Origin: Leptogorgia sarmentosa
Lineage: Eukaryota
Length of the DNA stretch: 64,000 bases
Assembly: GCA_964658305.1 (NCBI GenBank)
Contig: OZ210885.1
Coordinates: 4,278,001-4,342,000 of the forward strand
Direction of reading: 5' to 3'
Shown here: piece after piece, positions 13,023 to 24,590 of the stretch
Position numbering within the stretch: position 1 is the first letter of the stretch
Layout: every line of letters begins with the position of its first letter
Made by a program: the position numbers and the translations under genes
The notes under the pieces: model-generated
Database searches by the model: none
Seen by the model: only the letters and a program-made list of their open reading frames with translations
What the model was told of the DNA's origin: nothing

Positions 13023-14426
13023 ATGCTCACTCGTTTGAGAGAAATTTGTTTACTTTTGGTGCAGTTTTATGGCACTATTTTTTTGTATATAATGCTTCGT
13101 AAGCGAAACAACAATATGATGTTGGCATACTTTATGGCAAGTACAACAACTTCCAGTAGGAGAGAAAAATATAACCGGCTTCGAAGGCTGTGCAGACAAA
13201 AGAGGTCAAAATGGGTCAAGAGTGGTAGAACCGAATCGTGGTGGATGAACATGATTACTGGCATCGCCCCAGTAGACGAATGGAAGCGAAATTTTCGAAT
13301 GACAAGAGAGGAATTTCGAAAACTTTGTGAAGAATTACGACCCCACATATCACCTGGAAAGACCCCTAATTATCTTGCATTATCAGTAGAAAAGAAGGTT
13401 AACTTTGTAAAGCTTTTAGTAATTTTATTACCGAATATGCAAACATATTTACACGTTTTCTTCTTGACTGTCTATATGTAAAACCACAAAAGCTGAATAC
13501 CATTGTAATCTTTATCCAAACAGGTGGCTGTAACACTGTACTATTTAAAAGACACTGGATCAATTTGGATGACTGCAAACACTTTTGGAATACATCAATG
13601 CACTGTCTCTAAAGTCCTGCTTCAAGTTTGCACTGCAATTTCGAGATATCTTGGTCCAAGGTACGTTTACCTCCCACAAACCCCAGATGAAATGAGGCAG
13701 AAAGTATCTGAATTTGAAACAAAATTTGGTATGGTTCAAGCGTTTGGATGCATCGATGGTACACATATACCGATGAAGAGGCCTATTGTTGACTCCCAAG
13801 ACTATTTCAACTATAAACAGTTCTTTTCATTAAATGTTCAAGCTGTCTGTGACTTTCGTGGTATTTTTATGGACGTTGATTGTCGTTGGCCTGGTTGTGT
13901 GCATGATGCTAAAGTGTTTGCTAATTCCAACATACACAATGAATTGAAAGCAGGAAATTTGCCCAAAACATTCAATAACTTACTTCCAGGATATGACAAA
14001 ATCCCAAACTACTTGATAGGTGACCCAGCATATCCTTTGACACCTAATTGTATTAAAGAGTATAAAAGCTGCAAGACAAATAGCCAAGTTATCTTCAACA
14101 ATTTACTGAGAGAGGCACGCAATCCTATTGAATGTGCATTTGGTCGCTTGAAAGCTCGTTGGTCTATCCTGACAAGAATGGATTTGAAGTTAGAGAATAT
14201 TCCAATTGTTGTGATGGCTTGTTTTGTTCTGCACAACTATTGTGAAATCCATAATGACAACATAGACAGGGATGTTGTTAAAGCACAAATGGAGTGGAAC
14301 AAATCTGAAGACATCCTACACAAAAATATCCCAGATCCTGTTTATTCTGGTACTACTGGTGAAGGAGAAGCAGTAAGAGAGACATTAACAAAATACATCC
14401 AAGTAAACATGCCTCATAACTATTAA
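13023..14426 (+). CDS. Harbinger DDE transposase, two exons (13023-13397, 13524-14426)
   Basis: Removing the GT-AG intron 13398-13523 gives LSVEKK|VAVTLYYL; motifs GCIDGTHIP, GCVHDAKVF, LIGDPAYP and IECAFGRLKARW. Confidence 0.9.
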
Positions 14427-15034
14427 GAAGTTTACCACTGCATAATTTGCTACAACATGTTGTGTTTTTAACTGTTTAAGATGGATAATAAAACAAAGTT
14501 TGAACATTTAAACTATAATATGGACCAGTATGTGGTCAAGTAAAGTTCTACTACCATTGGAGGAATAATACTCTAGTTTGTAATAATGGTAATTGCATAC
14601 TTTTTGTGTTTCAGTAAACTATTGAAGATTTGAGAATACATACACATGTAAATGTGCAGCTGCTGGATACAAAAATTGACCAACAAACATGTTAACTTGG
14701 TTCAACTAACTAGTCCCCAAAGTTCAAGTATGCAACTACAAGAAAAGTGGGAGATTTTTGCCCCAAGGTAGTTGATATTATATATGTAAATATTACCCTC
14801 CCAAAAATATAAATCATGGTAATGAGAAAGTTGTGTCAGTCTTTAAAAAGTGCACATTGTTTGCCATTGTTCAAACAGGCATTGTTAAAACAACTATCTA
14901 CACAACAATTAAAGTGTTTCTTCACTTAAAATTGATAGAATGTTTGACGATCATCATCAACAATATCAGGCATCATAAATGCATGATTTGCCTGTATAGT
15001 GTTATGCTCAATGTAATTTCCATGTTGCATCACA

Positions 15035-16054
15035 TTAGAAATCATTGCTGGTTGTGACACTGGAATGGGTTCTTTGTCTAGACTGATTGACAGACATATC
15101 AACTGACCTTTGCATTGAAGATGCCAATGCAGTCATAGATGAACTGATGGCTTTTATAGATTCTGCAAAAATGGAATTTGATTCCTTGAAAGCTTTAGCC
15201 ATTTCACATCGAAATTCTTTTTCTTCTTTGCTTTCTTGAAGAAAGAGTTTGTCTCTCTGTGCAGCTGAAAGCTGCCTTTCCATCTTTTTTCTTTTATCAT
15301 CAATTAAATTAGGAACTTGGCTTTGACAACTTCGACGCTTTCTTTTGGAGACATTTGGCTTTTCAATTGTTTCACCCACAGGTCCACCTCCCAACAAATC
15401 AACATCATCCTCATCTTGGTCATCTTGCTCCTTACATTGTTCCTGGTCTAGTCTAGCCAACGTTTCTTCTGATTCTCTGTCTGATGATGATAAATCATGC
15501 AGTACTTCACTGTCAACAACAATGGAAGAAATAGATGCTGCTTGTGATGATTGAATTCCAAATGGAAGTGGCTCAGTGGAAGGTGCACCTCCCCATATCT
15601 GAACCATCAAATCATAAAATTCTAACACTAGTTTCCCCGATCCGCTTCTTGAACCAGCTGTTACTGCATTGCTAAAACCCTGACGTAGCTCTTTTACTTT
15701 TTCCATCACACGGTTGTAGCCAACACGTATTTGTTTCTTTTGCACATCATTTTTTTCAAGAAAAGCTCCTCGGTCCTCTCCATCATCCTGATCAAGCTTA
15801 ATGGGCCCAAAGAACAACATATCAACATTTTCGTATTCAGTGGCTAGTGATATCCTCAAAGCTTCATATTGCTTGGACTTATCAGCGTTGAAATCACAAT
15901 TTCTGTACTCTAAAATGGATTTATATTCAAATAGCGTATCCAGCATAAGCTTGACCATGTTCATGTCCCATTTGAATTTTTTTTTCTCCGTAACTGAAGG
16001 GTTTTTTTTCGCATTTGTATTGGATTTACGTGTTGACAAATTTTTGTCCGCCAT
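15035..16054 (-). CDS. Harbinger Myb/SANT-like partner protein
   Basis: Open frame convergent with the transposase inside the TIRs; FKWDMNMV...KVKELRQ...SRSGSGKLV...IWGG pattern. Confidence 0.8.
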   Translation of the reverse strand: MADKNLSTRKSNTNAKKNPSVTEKKKFKWDMNMVKLMLDTLFEYKSILEYRNCDFNADKSKQYEALRISLATEYENVDMLFFGPIKLDQDDGEDRGAFLEKNDVQKKQIRVGYNRVMEKVKELRQGFSNAVTAGSRSGSGKLVLEFYDLMVQIWGGAPSTEPLPFGIQSSQAASISSIVVDSEVLHDLSSSDRESEETLARLDQEQCKEQDDQDEDDVDLLGGGPVGETIEKPNVSKRKRRSCQSQVPNLIDDKRKKMERQLSAAQRDKLFLQESKEEKEFRCEMAKAFKESNSIFAESIKAISSSMTALASSMQRSVDMSVNQSRQRTHSSVTTSNDF

Positions 16055-17249
16055 ATTCATTTGTTATGTACCAAAACACGCATGCGTTGCACGTGTTCTA
16101 GCCCGTTTCAGCGGGACGAAAGCGATTACATGAAGAATCCTAGCCCGGTAGAAAAAAACGAGATCTCGGCAAAGCGGGCTGGCCCGGCTAGCCGGGCTGA
16201 CTCATGTAATCGTAAAGTTGAAAATACATATAATTTATAGAGCAAGCAGGCTAAGCCGAGGTAGCCCGGTTAGCCGGGCTAGCACTTCCATGTAATCACC
16301 CCCTAATTCTCTTGAATGCAAATTGATGAGTGCAATCACATTTGCCACATAACTGGACCATTTCACATTGATTTTGAAGTTGAAAGCATCAAATTAAACT
16401 AGAAAGTGAACACAATTCCATAAGTATTTATTTCTTAGTTGTGCTGGCTAATCAAAGTCAATATGCCAGCAAAATTAGGTGCTGAGCAAATGGGGATTGA
16501 CGTCCATAGAATTGGTTGAGCAACTTGTTTACTCATACTTGTGTTGTACGTGTTTTAAAATAAAAAATAATTTCGTTGTGATTTGAATGTGAATATATTA
16601 TTGTATATCCTGAAATATTATATCATTATCTTGGAAATTTTTTGATAAAATATTATTCTTCAATGCAAATAAAAATGACATATGAATTGCATAAAATGCA
16701 GATATCAAACATTCTAGATCAAGCATCTAAAAGGCAATTGTTCCAAATAGTGGCATTACCTTTTTCAAGTAAGACCATTATAAATATATACATTTCACGT
16801 CATATTGACATGCTGCACTTATTTTTCAATAATTTCATCGATAGAATATACATAAAATTGCAATACATAAAGATGCAATACATAAAGATACAAAACTTAG
16901 TGGTGATATCAGTGGTTATTACAATGAAACAACAACTTCGTCTTGAAACAACGTCTTCTTATAGCTCAGTGGTGGCCGTCAGAATCGCGTTCGGTATTTA
17001 TAGGCGCATACATCAACAAGTACAACAATATATTTTTGAGATGTAAGAGAATTTTAATACTTTATCTCAATTCTTTGAAAAAATATGAAAAAAACACTGC
17101 AGTATATATATTTATATAGTAACAAACAGTAAAATCCAGGGGGGTTGGAAACGGCGCCTGCACACACTTCAACTGTGGTCAGTAATTACCATCATGAGAA
17201 TAGGGGACGTGTGATGTAAAATCCGCCATGTTTTTGGCAACACCTTTCA

Positions 17250-17701
17250 GACCCCGTTTACACCAGAGGAAAAGATTCGGGATTCATCACGAAACCGAAA
17301 CGTTTTGGTATCGGATTCATGTATGCGTTTACACATACAGCGACGAATCCGATTGAAAATCATCTCGGTTTTAGGCCGTATCCAGAAACTTTGAATCCGG
17401 AAAAGTTAGTAGAAACTTTGTATCCAGAAACATTGAATAAAAAAAAATCGCGTGTAAACACATTTGTTCAACGAATCCGAATACCAAACATTTAAGATGG
17501 CGGACAACACAGAAGACATTATCGTTTTGTAAAATATGTTACAAAAATACTCAATCTTTTTATGTTAATTTCCCATACGTACAGCAGGAAGAACCCCGAG
17601 TATAAATGACCTAATCCGAAACAATTCAATAAAACATCGTGAACAACAAATCCGAATACTTTTATGAATCCGAAATCTTTTCCTCTAGTGTAAACAGGGT
17701 C
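17250..17701. mobile_element. Harbinger/Tourist-type MITE
   Basis: TIRs GACCCYGTTTACACYAGAGGAAAAGATT; TCA TSD at 17247-17249 and 17702-17704; internal GAATCCG repeats. Confidence 0.85.
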
Positions 17702-18579
17702 TCAGTGGAGTGCCTGATCTCCAGATTAATAATATAGCTCAGTGGTCTTTCCTCAGTGCGGAGCGAGAGGATCAAGACCCTGGGAACGAGGTTGAGTTAA
17801 AGGAGCGATGTTCATATAAAGTTCTATATAAAATTCTCAAACTTTATCACTTACGAACTGAAGGTTGTGGAAAATCGTGTCATTTCTTTTACGAACATTT
17901 TTGCAATCTTAGTATATTTATGTTTAGTATATTTATGTTTAGTATATTTGCTCATAAATCTGACGTGACAAGACCAGGCAAGACAGTATCTGTCCCAGTG
18001 TTGACAATATTGCTACCACAGTCTATTTTGTATCACTCCTGTGTTACCAGTATTGGACCCTCTTTGTCTCGGTTTGAATTAAAAAATTAACCTATTTACA
18101 GTCATGTTTAAAATCCACACATTCAATTTAGTAGCTACATCATTTACTAGAATGTTCTCAAAACTAATTAAATCTGGAATTTTTTTTATGAAGGTCAAAC
18201 CAAATTAGGTTAAAGGTACCATGGAATGGATATATCAAAACTTGAAAGAATTACCAAAGATTGGCCAATCAAAATCCAAAATCTTCTTTTGGACACAGCT
18301 TTCGAACAATGTGAAGAGCAAATAGTAGAACTCAAAAGGAAAAAGGCGGAGATAAGGAGAAATCATGATGGCAAAACATTTTTAAACTTGTCTTATGTCA
18401 AGCAGTGATAGCATAGTAAAAAAGTATCTCATAGCAATTGGTTATCCTTGCTATTAGTTGTCACCTCTTGATCTAAAACAATTGCAAGCTCTATGCCTTT
18501 CAAATGAGTTTCAGGTATTTCTGATTCAGACTGCTTTCGTTAAATCCTATAACCTTGCAATGTTGGTCTACTGCCTTAA

Positions 18580-21300
18580 CCCTTTCGCTACCGATGGGGG
18601 CTGTTTCAGCCCCCTTAAGATCAAGCGAGCCATGTATATCACATGTCAGCAGTATTTGAATAAAATCATGCGCAGAAAACACTATTATGAATATTCATTT
18701 ATTTCTGAACGTTTCAGCGAATTTGGCCACAAAATTGTTTAGTTATATGTTATTTTTATTCGGACATTTTAAATAAATAGTTTTAAATTGCAACATGGCA
18801 TCAGCAAAGTGTTCTTACACTTTGGAGCAAGTTATTTCGCTGATAGACTCCGAAAATAATGATGAATCAAGAGATAGTGAATTCGACAGTGATGGATCAG
18901 AAGAAAATCTCGATCATATAAGTAAGATTATCGAACAAAGTGAAAAAGAACCATTCTTCAGCACTTCAGTACTATCAGACAGTGATCATGCCCTGAGTTC
19001 GGTGAGTTATTTTGCTATAATATAGATATATTTGTTTTCCAAACTTTTGTTTAACATGAAGGATGTTTTGATAAATATATTTGATATTTGAATAAATTTT
19101 ATTTTTCATTTGCAGCCAGATGAAAAGGATTCTGATTCAACATTACACCAAACAACAACAAATAATATTGAAGAAGATCTGGATGCACACAATCATGATA
19201 TTTTATCAGAAAGAGTGAATGATGCTGCTACAGATACTTCCGATGCTATATTCACAGCTGAAGATACAAATGGAGTGCCTGAGAGTTCTGATCAACCTGT
19301 CGCAGAGAAACAAAGTAGAACATCTGCAATAAAGAGGCGAAAAAAACGAAAGAAAGGACCAAGCGGCCAAATTGAAGCGGTAACAAAAGAGAGGAAAAGG
19401 CAACCAGGGAGTAAAAAACAAGAAGGGAAGGCGTCAAAAAAAAAGGCAACATCTAAGGAAAAGAAAATAAAGGCAAGCAAGTGGAAAAAGTTTGGTAAGA
19501 AGGTAGAACAGAATCCTAATGAGGATGTACCTTACAAATGAAGTACTGAGGCCTCAGGGAAGAAATCTGTTTCATTTACAACAGCCAATCGATTTTTTTA
19601 TGTTGTTTTTCTCAAATGAAATAGTAAAAATGCTCCAACAACAAACAAACTTCAACAAACGAACTAAGCAAAACCCTCCATTCTGCCATGGAATGAAGTA
19701 TCGTATGAGGAAATTTTAGGATTCCTTGGCACCATTATTGCTATGGGACTTGCCCCATTGCCTGAAATATCTGATTACTGGGCAAAAGGTGGGATTATTC
19801 ATATGCCTTGGTTTAGAACAGCCTTTGCAAGAAATCGATTTCAACAAATATTGCGATTTATCCATGTTGCTGACAACACTACACAACCAGAAAGGAAGCA
19901 CCCCAATTACAAATTGCATAAAGTGCAACCAATCATTGATCATCTTGGTACAGTGTTTCCAAAATTATATATTCCTGATCAGAATTTATCAATAGATGAA
20001 CAAATGATTGGCACAAAATGCAGAGTTTCTTTCATAAAATATGACAAAAAGGGCTATATGTGAGGTTATGCTCTGGTTATGTATTAGGATTTCAAATATA
20101 TACTGGAAAGACTAATGGACAAGGTGAGACCAGGCTATCATTTCGAGTTGTGTGTGAGTTAACAGAAAGATATTTGAACAAGGGGCACAGGTTATACTTC
20201 GATAACTTTTACACGTCAGTTGATTTATTACAATATTTGGCAACCAAACAAACATATGCATGCGGAACTGTCAAGGCAAACAGGAAGTTGTTAGCACCAG
20301 AAATACTGGATGAGAAGATGCAGAAAGGTGAAGCTCAGTTTTGGAAGTGGAATACCCTGACTGCAGTTAGATGGAAAGATAAGAGAGATGTATTGCTCCT
20401 GTCAACTATCCATGGTGGAAATACCAAAGCGTCCTGATGAGCAAGAATCTGTCTGTAAACCAAAGCTCATTTGTGATTACAATATGCACATGAATGGAGT
20501 AGACAAATGTGACCGGTATCTAAGCTATTATTCACTATCAAGAAAATCAAGGTAGTGGTGGAAAAAAATCTTCTTCAGATTGGTTGAAATTTCAGTTATA
20601 AATGCAATGGTGTTGTATCTCAAAATTCACCCGGCTTTAGCACAACATCGTAGAGTCCACAAAGCTTTTCGCCAGACCTTAGCACACCAACTTGTTCAGC
20701 CTCTATTGGATGCCTATGCTTCTCCAGAAGTCATGTCTCCTCCTGGCCCAGGAAGAAGACACATCTCAAATGAAATGCAACTGAAAGGAAAACACTTTCC
20801 TGAAACTTCTTGTAATAGACGACGATGTGTTGTTTGTGCATAAAAGAAATCGGCAAGTGGTGAAATAAAGGGACTAAGACACAGACATATTGTAATAAGT
20901 GTGACAAGCACATGTGCAAAAACTATTGTTTTAAAAAAGTACACTTTTGGATGAAATGCACACAGAATTACCACAAGTGGTAAGTCGCCAGCTGTTCTTT
21001 GATGGTTCATGCACCTACCATATTTCTGTAATGAGCCAAAATAATATTTTTTTTATGAAAGTAATTACTTGTTGATATTTTTCTTACATTTTTAGCAGCA
21101 GAATAATTATTGTCCAGAAGCATGTATGTGAAATTCAATATTTTTGTAATTTTTGACAAAGCAATTGTGACATTTGGTCAGAAGTTCCCGCACCCCCCTT
21201 GCTAGTGATAATATTTAATAGTCCTTCGTGATCAAGACAAAATGATGAAGCATGGTCATAGCAAACTGGCAAAGTGGAACTTGCAGCTAGTAGTGAAAGA
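18580..21300 (+). mobile_element. Decayed piggyBac element with PGBD4-like transposase pseudogene (18795-~20950)
   Basis: Left end TTAA|CCCTTTCGCTAC; motifs LSIDEQMI, LYFDNFYTS, CGTVKANR, WKDKRDV, YNMHMNGVDKCD and a C-terminal Cys finger; many frameshifts; right end degenerate. Confidence 0.85.
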
Positions 21301-21735
21301 AAATGTTAACCATTGCAGCAGAATGGGTGGCTCTTGAAAGGGTATCAGGAGAGATATTTTCTTTGCTAGGACTAACCAAGACCTCGGCTAACCAAATGTG
21401 ATTCACATCCATCTCACCAAAATTATATCAAAGAGTAATATAAAAACAAAATTGACACATTCGCACAATACGGGCACCATGACACAAGAATTTATTTGAC
21501 TTGATAGTAAACAAATATATAATATTCTTGATAGTAAACAAATGGAATGTTAGGTATAATGGCTCATAAGCATATATAGTTAAGGCAGCTATCCATCAAT
21601 TAGCAACCTCATTTATTATATCATTATTTTCAGTATCATTTTTATTTGGATTGTACAGTTTATTATACAGTTTGTTTGTTTAAACAGGATATAATTTTAA
21701 AATTGATTGAACATTTTTAATTATTCATAATGTAG

Positions 21736-23109
21736 TTGAAAGAATCAAAAGATCAAAATGATGTTGATGCAGTTTTTGCAGAAAGTGAGTGGAGGTTTGA
21801 TATTGATGGTCTACCTCAAACTCTAAGAATACAGGATAAAGATACTTTCATTGATGAAGTGACCAAATACTTTTTGGTCATAAAATGCCAACCAATGCTC
21901 AACCAGCTTATTGATGGCCTTAAATATTATGATGTAAGTGTCTTCAAAATTTTCTGACAATTTTTTCTGACATTAGTTGATGCTGATTTCACTACTGAAA
22001 ATGTTGTTTAACTCTTTAAGCAGTAATGAAGCTAATGAGTCCTATTTTAATATGTTTTCTGTCTGATGGTACTACTGGTTTGGTTTAGAGAAATCTGTTG
22101 CCGTAAAACTATATATTGCACATACTGTAGCCACTTTGCACAATATATATTACTTTGTGCAATATATTAATTTAAAAACATTGCTTTCATTTGGCAGGTG
22201 CTGGAACTGATTCGTAGCAATAAAGGAATGGCTCAGCATTTATTTAAGTACAATTCAAATGAGAAAATTGAAAGTGAACAACTGGTGAGAATAATTAAAC
22301 CAAACTTTTCACCAATTGGACACCATCGCAGACAATCACAAGAGATTGTGATGGCAAAGTTCATTGCATTTCGTAAATCTATGGAAGGTGTGTTATATGT
22401 CAAATCATTGTAAGACAAGATGCAAGAAGGGTGTTACACCCTAGGTAGCCCAACTGCCCAAGAGATGTTGGTATTCCTTTGTATAAATAAAAACATCCAT
22501 CCAGTTTCCTATACACTGTTCACGCACGCATGTGACATGCGTAGCGTATGTACAATAACATGCGTATGTGAACTGTATATAGGATTGCATTGTAGCAATG
22601 ATGCTGCAAAAAGCACAATCATATAAAACTATATGTCTACCTTGGAAAATGATTTTTGCAGCAAAAATCTATAGATAAAAGCATTTATATTGTTTATGGA
22701 TTTTTCCTCTAAAATTTAATCTTTAAATTTTTTAGCATAGATAACATCAATTTATGTCTGTTATTTCACTAATCAATTTTGTCATTGGGTGTTATTTGTA
22801 GATGGAACACTATTGCAAGATTTGAGAGATAAAGGAATTGAACTAACTGATATGGAAACAAGCTTTGACCCACAAGCAACTCCGAGTCATCTTCTCATGT
22901 TTGTAACTGGTGCAACAAACATACCCACTGTTGGTTTCGACCCCAAACCATGCCTTTCCTTTGTACATGATGATACTAAGAAAATACCATCAGCTCAGAC
23001 TTGTTCAAACATGTTGTACTTGTATGTAAACAAGAGCACATTAGAAGGCAGCCTTGCTCATCACTTGCTCACAGCTCTGATGAATGGAGGAATATTCAGC
23101 AAATTATAA
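21736..23109 (+). CDS. 3' exons of a G2E3-like HECT E3 ligase domain (about 21736-21933, 22198-22387, 22802-23109)
   Basis: AG/GT-bounded exons. LNQLIDGL and LMFVTGATNIPTVGFDPKPCLSF...PSAQTCSNMLYL correspond to the HECT C-lobe with its catalytic Cys. Confidence 0.75.
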
Positions 23110-23433
23110 TTTTATTCACATTTTGATGTGTGAACTGGTCAGAACAAGATCTATGCTTAACATATGACAACTATACTATTTATATTATTTGTAACACCAG
23201 ACAATGTGCAATGTTAGGAGGCAAGTGGTATTACGGGTTAATGGGAAAGTATATGCCAAATGAATAGGGCACATTGTGTGAATGTGGCTAACATGATATC
23301 TGTTTGTAAATCCTTTCCTAAGCTTTGTTTGTTGGTACCAACAATTTGTTAAGAGTTTTTATTTCATGCAAATTGTATTCATTACAGTTCCTTGAGTTAG
23401 AAATATATAAACATATATAACTTCAATTAATAG

Positions 23434-24035
23434 TCAGTCTTGTGCTATTTCACATAAGTTGCAGTATAATGCTTGTCTCCAATGAGTAGGTTGTAATAAA
23501 CGAAGTTCGTCTCCAACAGCGTGGAAGTACTCTTGAATCACATTTTCCTCTTCATAACCATGACAGTATTGAGACATATCCTGAAATTTAGCTTCTGTTA
23601 CATCTTCTGCATAATCCTGTGTACCAGTGCACTCTGGAAGAAAGTAGAGTTCATTGGGCCTTCCTGCAACGGTGTCAAACCTTGATTTTCTAATGTAATG
23701 GGAATTCCAGTGCTGTTTAACCGCTGTTAAATCTTGTTGCAATAGATTTGCAAAGCAATACCATAAACACTCCTTTTCCACATCACTTGATGTATTGAAA
23801 TGCCCATCTTTAAAAAATTTATCCACCAGTTGGATCGATTTCTTCGCAGGAATGACCACCAGCATTCTATCCTTTGATTTGCTGGCGATGAACCGTACCT
23901 GTGGGCGTTAATCCCAGCCAGCTCATCATCTCCATCACTTCTAAAATAGGCCTGCATAGCAGCCATGATGACATTTTCAGTGCCATTGTCTGTTCTTAAT
24001 AATTTTGGACAGCCATTATTTATACTTTCAGCCAT
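23434..24035 (-). pseudogene. Integrase-core DDE transposase fragment (IS3EU-like)
   Basis: LRTDNGTEN, YGSSPANQRIECWWSFLRR and WNSHYIR; one frameshift; putative element end ...GGCCACCGTA at 24665. Confidence 0.7.
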
Positions 24036-24349
24036 AAAACTTTTCTGCTGTAACCATCAATACCCCCTATCGAAATATCGTGTTATCAAGTCGTCACAGC
24101 TCTCACCTTCTGCAAATTGCACTTCGCTCTTGGTAAAATCTGGTAGCTGATGTCCACAAAATGGGCAATATTTGAATAAGATCTGAATGTTTTCGCCACA
24201 AAATGGACAAAACATGCACAAAATTTATGTGGATTTCTTTATTGAATTAACCCTTTTACCATCAAGACCATACGAATTTTACCGAGGTTAATTTAATTCT
24301 GATGCAAAGTTGCCGCCCGCGATACTTCATGATTTTGGTTTGCGGTCTG

Positions 24350-24590
24350 TTTTTGTTTTGCATTGCGAACAAATGTATTTTGCATTGCGAACAAATCTAT
24401 TTTGCATTGCGAACAAATTTATTTTGCATTACGGACAAATTTATTTTGCATTGAGACAAATTTATTTTGCATTCAAATTAATTTTGCATTGAGACAAATT
24501 TATTTTGCATTGCGAACAAATTTATTTTGCATTGCGAACAAATTTATTTTGCATTACGAACAAATCTATTTTGCAGTGAGACAAAATTTG
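24350..24590. repeat. Subterminal tandem repeat, about 10 x 22 bp (TTTTGCATTGCGAACAAATTTA)
   Basis: Read directly from the sequence; lies just inside the putative terminus at 24665. Confidence 0.9.

Larger units (their letters stand above)
12808..16303. mobile_element. Full-length PIF/Harbinger transposon 2, apparently intact
   Basis: TIR GGGGGTGATTACATGGA, TAA TSD at 12805-12807 and 16304-16306, subterminal TAGCCCGG/CCGGGCTA repeats at both ends. Confidence 0.95.
10910..17795. mobile_element. Nested repeat complex: outer CAACCTC...GGGAACGAGGTTG element, then TCTGGAGATCAGG-TIR element (11901-17725), then Harbinger 2 and a MITE
   Basis: Inverted pairs: CCTGGTTGCGGCTGGTCACATG (10934) / CATGACCAGCCGCAACCAGG (11852), and TCTGGAGATCAGG...CCAAAAACATGGCGGATTTTA (11901-11964) mirrored at 17217-17725. 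A RecQ-like VSPLNSLMTDQV fragment lies near 11300. Confidence 0.6.
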
